This document shows, one piece after another, positions 14,597 to 21,938 of a DNA stretch of 24,000 nucleotides (the stretch's first letter is position 1; every line of letters begins with the position of its first letter). Source of the stretch: an uncultured Dehalococcoidaceae bacterium (GTDB lineage: Bacteria; Chloroflexota; Dehalococcoidia; Dehalococcoidales; RBG-16-60-22); contig CAZPQB010000002.1 in NCBI GenBank assembly GCA_964588605.1, positions 59,193 to 83,192 on the forward strand, read 5' to 3'. A program made the translations under genes and the position numbers. The notes under the pieces are model-generated. The model ran no database searches. It was not told where the DNA came from and saw only the letters and a list, made by a program, of their open reading frames with translations.

Positions 14597-15721
14597 ATGA
14601 AGAAATATAGAATAGGCGTCCTGACGGGCGGCGGCGACTGCGCGGGGCTGAACCCCGCACTTAAGTGGGTGGTTAAGACCGCCATGGATGAAAGACTCGA
14701 ATGGGAAAGAGGCGTCCGCTACGAGGTCCTAGGTATACATGACGGATGGAAGGGACTGGTTAATGTCGACATGTCCAGCCTGGATACCCAAGGACAAATA
14801 ACACCGCTCAATCCGGACATAGTCAGGACCTGGGATAGATACGGCGGCACTTTTCTCGGGACCTCGCGCCTCAGCCCCTACGACCCGAAAAACGACTGCT
14901 CGAAAACGGTCATAGAAAACATAAAAAGCCTCGGCCTGGAGGCGGTCATCGCTATCGGTGGCGACGGCACCCTAGCGATTGCCACCAGGTTATCAAAAGA
15001 AGGGGTGAACGTTGTCGGCATACCCAAGACAATTGACAAAGACCTCCCCGAAACCGACTACGCCTTAGGATATGAAACTGCCCTGAACGTCATCATCGAA
15101 GAAGTGGACAGGCTGAGGACTACCGCCGGTTCGCACAAAAGGATTTTCGTGGTGGAAACGATGGGCAGGACGGCCGGCTGGCTGGCTCTGCAGGGCGGGG
15201 AAGCCTGCGGGGCTTATATTATCCTAATCCCGGAATATGACTTCACTATAGACAGGGTAAACGAACTGGTCATGGAAGGTAGAAGGGCCGGCACCAGGTA
15301 TGAGATTATCGTGGTGGCCGAGGGGGCGAAACCAAAAGGCGGTACGGAAATAGTTAAAAAAGAAGGGGTGGACAGCTTCGGCCACAAAGCCCTGGGGGGC
15401 ATCGGCAATTTCCTGGCTCAGGAAATTGAAAAAGGCACCAAACTGGAAACACGTAGCGTCACGCTAAGTCACCTTCAGCGCGGCGGCGCTCCATGCGCCT
15501 ATGACCGTAGAATGGGGAGATACTTCGGCATCGCCGCCGTTGATTTGGTAGTAAAGGGAAATTACGGCAAGATGGTATGCTTTAAAAACGGCAAGATTGG
15601 ATACTGCGCGCTTGAAAATATATACGGCAAATTGAACCTCGTAGACGTGGCGACGGAGTATGACACGGACAGGTACAACGGACGCCGCACTATCATCAGC
15701 AGTAAAAAGAGACATGCATAA
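14597..15721 (+). CDS. pfk: 6-phosphofructokinase (PfkA family; phosphoryl donor uncertain)
   Basis: 374 aa with IGVLTGGGDCAGLN, IGGDGTLAIA, PKTIDKDL, ETMGRTAGWLA and LSHLQRGG. Confidence 0.85.
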   Translation: MKKYRIGVLTGGGDCAGLNPALKWVVKTAMDERLEWERGVRYEVLGIHDGWKGLVNVDMSSLDTQGQITPLNPDIVRTWDRYGGTFLGTSRLSPYDPKNDCSKTVIENIKSLGLEAVIAIGGDGTLAIATRLSKEGVNVVGIPKTIDKDLPETDYALGYETALNVIIEEVDRLRTTAGSHKRIFVVETMGRTAGWLALQGGEACGAYIILIPEYDFTIDRVNELVMEGRRAGTRYEIIVVAEGAKPKGGTEIVKKEGVDSFGHKALGGIGNFLAQEIEKGTKLETRSVTLSHLQRGGAPCAYDRRMGRYFGIAAVDLVVKGNYGKMVCFKNGKIGYCALENIYGKLNLVDVATEYDTDRYNGRRTIISSKKRHA

Positions 15722-17012
15722 CGATATGGACCAGTTGAGAATTGAGAAGAACAGTAATATTGACACACTGGTAGAGCTGGCTGTCTTCGGTGCCGAAAAC
15801 CAGATGAGGGAGGAGCACCATCGCATCATCCGTGAGATGGCAGTCGGTCGGGGCATCTTCCCTGCCAGCATCCAGAGACTCTATGAAGCCGCCGGCAAAG
15901 GACTATACAGCGGTATAACCGTGCCCGCGATAAACATCAGAGGCATTACCTATCCTATCGCCAGGGCTGTCTTCCGGGCAGCCATAAAAAACAGGACCGG
16001 CGCCTTTATCTTCGAGATTGCCCGCTCCGAGATAGGCTACACCCTGCAAAGACCGGGAGAATATGTCGCGTGCATACTGGCCGCCGCCATCAGGGAAGAA
16101 TTCACCGGCCCCGTTTTTATCCAGGGAGACCACTTCCAGGTCAGGCGGCGCATGTACCGGGAAGACCCAGAGGCTGAATTATATAATATCAAACAGCTTA
16201 TACGGGAAGCGGTCGCCGCCGGGTTTCTGAATATTGATATTGATGCATCAACCCTGGTAGATATAGACAAACCGGGCCTGAGCGAACAACAGGAAATGAA
16301 CTCCCGGATAACCGCGGAGATGACCAAGCTCATGCGCAGTATCGAACCGAAAGGTACAACCATTTCTGTAGGTGGTGAGATTGGTGAAATCGGCAAGGGC
16401 AACAGCACCATTGCCGACCTCAGGGCCTTCATGGATAGCTATCTCAGCCAGCTTGGCGAGGGTGTTAAGGGCATCTCTAAAATCAGCGTGCAAACCGGTA
16501 CGTCACATGGCGGCGTCGTCCTGCCCGACGGGTCAATCGCCCGGGTAAGCATTGATTTCAATACACTGAAGGAGCTCTCCAGAGTAGCCCGGGAAGAATA
16601 TGGTATGGGTGGGGCGGTACAGCACGGTGCTTCTACCCTGCCCGACGAAGCCTTCGATATGTTCCCCAAGGTTGACACGGTTGAAGTACACCTAGCTACC
16701 GGGTTTCAAAATCTCGTCTACGACAGCCCGTATTTCCCCAAGAACCTGCGAGACGAGATATACAAGCACATTGCCGTTAAATACGCCGACGAGAGAACTC
16801 CCGAGCAAACGGATGAGCAATTCTATTACAGGACACGCAGGAAAGCATTTGGAGATTTCAAGAAAGAACTGTGGCACATCCCCACACAGAATCTCAACGA
16901 GATAATGAAAGAACTCGAAGACCGCTTCTCTTTAATCTTCCACAAACTTAATGTAATTGACACAACCGGACTGGTCAGTAAATACGTGACCAATCCTTCC
17001 TCACCTCAATAA
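15714..17012 (+). CDS. fba: Class II fructose-bisphosphate aldolase family protein (long form)
   Basis: Class II aldolase motifs: VFIQGDHFQ, VGGEIGEIG, VQTGTSHGG and AVQHGAST. The track start at 15660 lies 62 nt inside pfk. I prefer ATG 15714 (ATGCATAA overlap with the pfk stop) or ATG 15726. Confidence 0.75.
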   Translation: MHNDMDQLRIEKNSNIDTLVELAVFGAENQMREEHHRIIREMAVGRGIFPASIQRLYEAAGKGLYSGITVPAINIRGITYPIARAVFRAAIKNRTGAFIFEIARSEIGYTLQRPGEYVACILAAAIREEFTGPVFIQGDHFQVRRRMYREDPEAELYNIKQLIREAVAAGFLNIDIDASTLVDIDKPGLSEQQEMNSRITAEMTKLMRSIEPKGTTISVGGEIGEIGKGNSTIADLRAFMDSYLSQLGEGVKGISKISVQTGTSHGGVVLPDGSIARVSIDFNTLKELSRVAREEYGMGGAVQHGASTLPDEAFDMFPKVDTVEVHLATGFQNLVYDSPYFPKNLRDEIYKHIAVKYADERTPEQTDEQFYYRTRRKAFGDFKKELWHIPTQNLNEIMKELEDRFSLIFHKLNVIDTTGLVSKYVTNPSSPQ

Positions 17013-17043
17013 GCCGCCGGCACATCCCTACGGATGTCAGGAT

Positions 17044-17082
17044 AAAAAAAGCTGGATATTCCTAAATCGGAAAATATCCAGC
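17044..17082. terminator. Intrinsic terminator between convergent fba and the DUF5679 gene
   Basis: Perfect 10-bp stem GCTGGATATT (17051-17060) / AATATCCAGC (17073-17082) with a 12-nt loop. The A7 run at 17044-17050 gives a U-tract for the minus-strand transcript. Confidence 0.6.
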
Positions 17083-17117
17083 CTTGATGTATATATAAAT
17101 CCCTAAAATAACCGGCT

Positions 17118-17258
17118 TTAGCTCTTACCAATTCTAAACATCTTGGTGCCGCAGGTCGGGCATACTCCCTGCGTCGCCGGCTTGCCATTTTTCATCGTAA
17201 TGGCCTTAGGATCCTTCATTTCCTTCTTGGCACGGCACTTCACACAATATGCTTGCAT
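17118..17258 (-). CDS. DUF5679-like small zinc-ribbon protein
   Basis: Below the ORF-track size cut-off. My translation is MQAYCVKCRAKKEMKDPKAITMKNGKPATQGVCPTCGTKMFRIGKS (46 aa; CxxC...CxxC). Strong ribosome-binding site AAGGAAGGAGG 6 nt upstream, and a terminator downstream. Confidence 0.75.
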   Translation of the reverse strand: MQAYCVKCRAKKEMKDPKAITMKNGKPATQGVCPTCGTKMFRIGKS

Positions 17259-17292
17259 GTGATTCCTCCTTCCTTCTGAGTATTTGCTATAA

Positions 17293-17321
17293 ACAATAAA
17301 CCATTGTTAGGCTCATGTCAA
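17293..17321 (-). promoter_or_regulatory. Candidate promoter for the DUF5679 gene
   Basis: Minus strand reads TTGACA, a 17-nt spacer, then TATTGT, about 35 nt upstream of the start codon. Confidence 0.4.
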
Positions 17322-17498
17322 GAGGCTAACACGAACAAACGGCATTTTTTTGTGCCCAGATTCCCATTTCTTTAGATAATAGTGGTAAAAAACAGCAGAA
17401 AGACAGATAGACACGCCACTATAACAAGCACAGTATGAATTGGGCAATGCTTATGCTATACTTCTTACCAAGACGAAATAAAAAGGGATGTAAACGAA

Positions 17499-18539
17499 AT
17501 GGACAAGACCAAAGTTGGAATTATCAATGTTACCGGTTATGCCGGTGTCGAGCTGGCACGACTGCTTTACCAGCACCCGCAGGTAGAGCTTGCCTCGGTT
17601 ACCGGACGTAGCGCTGCCGGACAGGAACTGGGCAACGTCTTCCCACACCTGGCGAGCACAGGACTGACCATTGAAGAGAAGCTCGGAGAAGTTGAATTCG
17701 CCTTTTCCGCTATGCCTCACAAGGAGAGCGCCCAGGTAGTCGCCCCGCTACTGGACAGCGGCATTAAGGTAATTGATATCAGCGCTGATTTCAGACTAAA
17801 AGACGCTGATGATTACCCGCGGTGGTACGGTTTCACCCACCCATTCCCGCGTCTACTGGAAAAGGCAGTGTACGGTCTTACCGAGCTTCATCGTGACCAT
17901 ATCAGGATAGAGGAACTGGTGGCTAATCCCGGATGTTATCCCACCGGGGCGATACTGGCTCTGGCGCCAGCCATAAAAGCAGGCATTATTGAACCCAGTA
18001 TTATTATTGACAGTAAGTCGGGTATCTCCGGGGCCGGCCGCAGTCTCAACTTGACGACCCACTTCAGTGAAGCCAACGAAGATACTACCGCCTATGCCCT
18101 CGACGGGCACCGCCACCTGCCCGAGATTGTCCAAGAACTTGAATCGCTCCAGCGGGGACTGTCACTTTCAATTACCTTTGTCCCTCACCTGGTACCAATG
18201 ACGCGCGGCATACTTACCACCGCCTACAGCTCGCTGATACCGGGCAGGATTGCGGGTGGTAAAAATGGAGAAGAAGAGCTGAACAATATCTACCGCGAGT
18301 TCTATAAAGATGAGCCCTTCGTTAAAGTGGTGGCATACCCACCTCATACCAAACATACCTTGGGAAATAACTGTTGCCTCATTCACCCTACCATTGACCG
18401 CAGAAGCGGACGGCTTATTGTTATCAGCAGCATCGATAATCTTGTCAAGGGGGCGGCGGGGCAGGCCGTCCAGAACATGAACCTCATGCTCGGCCTGCCA
18501 GAAACTACCGGACTCGAGGCTATGGCCATTTACCCATAA
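17499..18539 (+). CDS. argC: N-acetyl-gamma-glutamyl-phosphate reductase
   Basis: 346 aa with VGIINVTGYAGVELARLL, the catalytic-Cys context NPGCYPT, and DNLVKGAAGQAVQNMN. Confidence 0.9.
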   Translation: MDKTKVGIINVTGYAGVELARLLYQHPQVELASVTGRSAAGQELGNVFPHLASTGLTIEEKLGEVEFAFSAMPHKESAQVVAPLLDSGIKVIDISADFRLKDADDYPRWYGFTHPFPRLLEKAVYGLTELHRDHIRIEELVANPGCYPTGAILALAPAIKAGIIEPSIIIDSKSGISGAGRSLNLTTHFSEANEDTTAYALDGHRHLPEIVQELESLQRGLSLSITFVPHLVPMTRGILTTAYSSLIPGRIAGGKNGEEELNNIYREFYKDEPFVKVVAYPPHTKHTLGNNCCLIHPTIDRRSGRLIVISSIDNLVKGAAGQAVQNMNLMLGLPETTGLEAMAIYP

Positions 18540-18883
18540 TAACGGAGCTAAGATCGACGACCAGCTATACACATCTCAAACTGAACCAGGATATAGAAGC
18601 TATTGCCGGACATTATACCCCGCAGAAAGAGGTAAGGCTACCGTATAACGGCCGGGAAGTCCTCTATGTAATCAGTGAAGCTGTCGTCGATGCCTCCTGC
18701 TGCGGCTCGGCCGATTTCACTTCGGCGCTGGTGCCCGGCTATCTGGTCAGATGGCAAGCCGAGACGAACAAAGACGGATTCCCCGTATCTGAAGTGGAGC
18801 CAATCAGCGACAGGAAAGCGCGAGGTAAAATTAAAAAGCTGATTCAGGAAACCGAGCACGTCTCACAGGTTGAGTTCTGGTAA
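18536..18883 (+). CDS. Conserved-looking hypothetical protein (SCCG motif) lacking a canonical start codon
   Basis: Not in the ORF track. The frame is open over 18440-18880 and translates to ...HYTPQKEVRLPYNGREVLYVISEAVVDASCCGSADFTSALVPGYLVRWQAETNKDGFPVSEVEPISDRKARGKIKKLIQETEHVSQVEFW. The first ATG/GTG/TTG in frame is GTG at 18731, inside the conserved-looking core. ATA at 18536 overlaps the argC stop. The start coordinate is tentative. Confidence 0.5.
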   Translation: MITELRSTTSYTHLKLNQDIEAIAGHYTPQKEVRLPYNGREVLYVISEAVVDASCCGSADFTSALVPGYLVRWQAETNKDGFPVSEVEPISDRKARGKIKKLIQETEHVSQVEFW

Positions 18884-18896
18884 AGAAGGCCGAATA

Positions 18897-19778
18897 TCAG
18901 GCCGTGGTCTCCTTCTCAACCATCGCCTTGTAGTCTGCCATAAATATCTTGGTCATCCGTCCCGGTTTCCCCGAGCCGATGGTGATAGTATTGCCGGCAT
19001 CGTCCCTGACCTGTACCAGAGGCATAATCTCAATCATGGAATTAGTCAAAAAAGCCTCATCGGAGTGTTTGAGCGACCCCAGTCCCACCGTACCCTCGGT
19101 GACCGTTATACCAAGTCTATCAGCCAGCTCGATCACCACCTGCCGGGTAATGCCCGGCAGGATGCCGCTTCCCAGCGAAGGCGTCACCAGCCTTGATGCC
19201 TTTACAAAAAAGACATTGCTACCGCTACCCTCAGCAATAAAGCCGTCATCATTTAACATCAATGTCTCATACAGTCCCTGCCGGGCAGCTTCCATCCTGG
19301 CAAGCACACTGAGCAGATAGTCGGTGGACTTAATCGAGGATAACAGGGACTGCTGGCAGCGGCGCAGCGAGGTCAGACCGATCTTGACACCCTGCCTGTA
19401 TCTCTCAGTCTCAGGAGGCGCATAGGGTATTGCCGTGACGACGACGGTAGCCCGGCCACTCGCTCCAGCCCAGGGGAACGTGTCCGATTCGCCATTGGTA
19501 ACAGTTAATCGAAGGCGGGCTTCCTGCAGTTTATTGGCCTCAAGCGTATCCTGGCAGGCCTGGGCAAGGTCAACGCCAGCCAGTCCCGAGCCCATCCCGA
19601 TGGTATCGGCTGATTGCATTAGCCGTTCTAAATGCCGCTCCAGGAGGAATATTCTGCCACGGTAGGCACGCATCGTCTCAAACAGTCCGTATCCGTAGAG
19701 AAAACCATGGTCAAAGACCGATATACGCGCCTCCGAGGCGGCGATAAGTTCACCATTGAGATATACAATCCCTTCCAT
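18897..19778 (-). CDS. pabC: Aminodeoxychorismate lyase (class IV PLP aminotransferase fold)
   Basis: 293 aa with SVFDHGFLYGYGLFETMRAY, a fold-type IV signature. It is the last gene of the pabB-pabA-pabC string. Confidence 0.7.
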   Translation of the reverse strand: MEGIVYLNGELIAASEARISVFDHGFLYGYGLFETMRAYRGRIFLLERHLERLMQSADTIGMGSGLAGVDLAQACQDTLEANKLQEARLRLTVTNGESDTFPWAGASGRATVVVTAIPYAPPETERYRQGVKIGLTSLRRCQQSLLSSIKSTDYLLSVLARMEAARQGLYETLMLNDDGFIAEGSGSNVFFVKASRLVTPSLGSGILPGITRQVVIELADRLGITVTEGTVGLGSLKHSDEAFLTNSMIEIMPLVQVRDDAGNTITIGSGKPGRMTKIFMADYKAMVEKETTA

Positions 19779-19780
19779 AA

Positions 19781-20365
19781 CTATCCTCCTGATTCACGTT
19801 TCGACAAGCTCAGGAAATTGGACAGAATATCGTGCCCATCCGGCGTCATGATAGATTCCGGGTGGAACTGTATTCCCTCCACCATATCATACCTATTTCT
19901 GACCCCCATAATCACCCCGTCTTCCGTCCTGGCGGAAACCTCCAAAGACGTGGGTACGGTCTCGGCGCCGATGACCAGAGAGTGATAACGCCCACCAACG
20001 AGTGGAGACGGCAGGCCATGGAATACAGTTTCGCCGTCATGGTAGATGAGGGAGTCTTTGCCATGCACAGGGAGTACCGCACGTTTAATCTGCCCGCCAT
20101 ATACATAGCCGATGCACTGGTGTCCCAGGCACACACCCAGTATAGGAATACGCCGGCGGAACGAGCGGACGACATCATTGGAGATACCGGCTTCCAGCGG
20201 GGTACAGGGGCCGGGAGAGATGACGATATGGCTTGGCGCCATTGCCTCAATCTGTTCTATGGTTATGGCATCATTACGATAGACCACAGGCTCCTGTCGC
20301 AGTTCGCCGAGGTACTGAACCAGATTATAGGCGAACGAATCATAGTTATCTATCACCAGAATCAC
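19781..20365 (-). CDS. pabA: Aminodeoxychorismate/anthranilate synthase glutamine amidotransferase component II
   Basis: 194 aa with ILVIDNYDSFAYNLVQYL, the catalytic GVCLGHQ, and the FHPES triad. Its GTG start overlaps the pabB stop (GTGA). Confidence 0.85.
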   Translation of the reverse strand: MILVIDNYDSFAYNLVQYLGELRQEPVVYRNDAITIEQIEAMAPSHIVISPGPCTPLEAGISNDVVRSFRRRIPILGVCLGHQCIGYVYGGQIKRAVLPVHGKDSLIYHDGETVFHGLPSPLVGGRYHSLVIGAETVPTSLEVSARTEDGVIMGVRNRYDMVEGIQFHPESIMTPDGHDILSNFLSLSKRESGG

Positions 20366-21801
20366 GATGTTATCTCCACGTCAGCCTGAGGCGATAGTTG
20401 GAGGGCCTGCATCATGGCTTTGCCCTTGTCCAGCGTCTCGATATATTCCGCCTCCGGCTCGGAATCATAGACAATAGCACCCCCCACCTGGAAATAAGCC
20501 CTGCCCTCTTTAACAAGAATCGTCCTTATGACGATATCCAGATCCATGTCACCGCAGAAACTCAGGTAGCCCAGCGACCCCGTGTAAACGCTGCGACGGG
20601 TAGGCTCAAGCTCATCGATAATTTCCATGGCCCGTACCTTGGGGGCTCCGGTTATGGAACCGCCGGGGAAGGTGGCTTTCAGGAGGTCAATCCGGTTTTT
20701 GCCTTCGCACAACCGGCCGACCACGGTCGAGGTAATGTGAAAAACGGTGGGATACGTCTCCAGAATAGCCAACTCCGTAACCCTGACCGTCCCATAGCGG
20801 CAGACACGCCCGATATCATTCCGCTCAAGGTCGACAATCATCACATTCTCCGCCCGGTCTTTAACGCTCTCCAGCAGGCTCTGTGCCAGCGCCCGGTCCT
20901 CTTCAGGGGATTTACCGCGGGGCTTCGTTCCCTTGATAGGACGGGTCTCCACCCAGTCGCCCCGGACCTTCAAGAATCTCTCCGGTGAAGCGCCAACAAC
21001 AGTAACGCCGTCGAAATTAAAATAGTTGGCAAATGGTGCTGGATTGATTTCTCGCAGGCGCCTGTAGAGTTCATACGGTGCCATGCTTAAATCAGCCTCA
21101 AACCTCTGTGATAGATTGACCTGAAATATGTCGCCGGCGCATATATACTCCCGGCACGTAGCCACTGCTTGAAGGTAGCCCTCGTGCGTAAAATTGGCTT
21201 TGATGACGCTACCTTCGCCATGGGTATTTTCCTCTGTTGTTCTGGGCGGCGGACTCAGCGCAACCCGACTCCTCAGCTCTGCCAGCCTTTGGCGCGCCCG
21301 GTGCAGCCTCCGACTCTCCTCCAGTTCCGGGAATCCGGTCGCCACCACATACGTCTTGCCTTTAAGATGGTCAAAAGCCACAATGGCATCGTAGAAAGCC
21401 AGATAACACTCGGGAAGGTCTAAATCATCTACCGCTGTAGTTGGCAGTCGCTCCATAAAGTGGCACAAATCATAGCTGAAATAACCGACGGCCCCACCCA
21501 TAAAGGGAATATCCGCCTTACCGCTCTCAAGAGAATAATTATCCAGTAATTCGCCGAGCATATTAAAAGGATTGCCCTGACTGACTTCTTCCACCCCATC
21601 TCTAATGATAGATACCTTATCGCCCCGACTCCTGAGTACCAGAAACGGGTCGCTGCCCATGAAGGAATAGCGTCCTAATTTGGGCGGGTCCATGCCGCTG
21701 TCAAGAAAGAAGCTGAAAGGTCGATGGGCAAAGGCCTCAAAACACCAGGGGGTGTCCGGCGCCATGTAGACCTCTTCTATGAGCGGATAGCGTTCGGTCA
21801 T
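20362..21801 (-). CDS. pabB: Aminodeoxychorismate synthase component I (chorismate-binding enzyme)
   Basis: 479 aa with SPERFL, FPGGSITGAPKVRAMEII and RSVYTGSLGY. The pabB rather than trpE assignment rests on linkage to pabC. Confidence 0.8.
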   Translation of the reverse strand: MTERYPLIEEVYMAPDTPWCFEAFAHRPFSFFLDSGMDPPKLGRYSFMGSDPFLVLRSRGDKVSIIRDGVEEVSQGNPFNMLGELLDNYSLESGKADIPFMGGAVGYFSYDLCHFMERLPTTAVDDLDLPECYLAFYDAIVAFDHLKGKTYVVATGFPELEESRRLHRARQRLAELRSRVALSPPPRTTEENTHGEGSVIKANFTHEGYLQAVATCREYICAGDIFQVNLSQRFEADLSMAPYELYRRLREINPAPFANYFNFDGVTVVGASPERFLKVRGDWVETRPIKGTKPRGKSPEEDRALAQSLLESVKDRAENVMIVDLERNDIGRVCRYGTVRVTELAILETYPTVFHITSTVVGRLCEGKNRIDLLKATFPGGSITGAPKVRAMEIIDELEPTRRSVYTGSLGYLSFCGDMDLDIVIRTILVKEGRAYFQVGGAIVYDSEPEAEYIETLDKGKAMMQALQLSPQADVEITS

Positions 21802-21938
21802 ACTCAGTCAGTTTATCATAGAGTTACCATTGAATTATATAATATTTAACATCTTATCGCTTTACACAATTGTTAACATTTCTATTGTTTTTCTAATGTT
21901 GCCTCTTCACTCCTGCTCTGCTATGCTTTGAAGCAGTT

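Noticed and set aside
15660-15713. Track start codon for fba at 15660
   Set aside because: It would overlap pfk by 62 nt. ATG 15714 (8-nt overlap) or 15726 gives a more ordinary junction. The N-terminal 18 residues (MTRTGTTDAALSSAVKRD) look like off-frame pfk sequence.
15214-16877. Antisense ORFs inside pfk and fba (for example 15464-15871, 16037-16432, 16248-16493, 16439-16678)
   Set aside because: They lie opposite clearly conserved glycolytic genes, and their composition-driven open frames have no translation signals.
17006-17188. 60-aa minus-strand ORF (MASRRRREYARPAAP...)
   Set aside because: It runs through the terminator hairpin and overlaps, out of frame, the well-signalled 46-aa DUF5679 gene. 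Its Arg-rich product is an artefact.
17434-17451. ArgR/AhrC ARG box upstream of argC (TATGAATTGGGCAATGCT)
   Set aside because: Only one half-site (TATGAAT) matches the TNTGAAT-N4-ATTCANA-type consensus. The symmetric half is absent.
18638-18859. 73-aa minus-strand ORF from the track
   Set aside because: The opposite strand carries a longer and far more protein-like frame (18536-18883). This ORF has no ribosome-binding site.
19832-21423. Plus-strand ORFs of 185 and 196 aa inside pabA/pabB (19832-20389, 20398-20988) and smaller ones up to 21423
   Set aside because: They lie antisense to genes with unmistakable amidotransferase and chorismate-binding motifs. Long antisense open frames are common in moderately GC-rich coding DNA.
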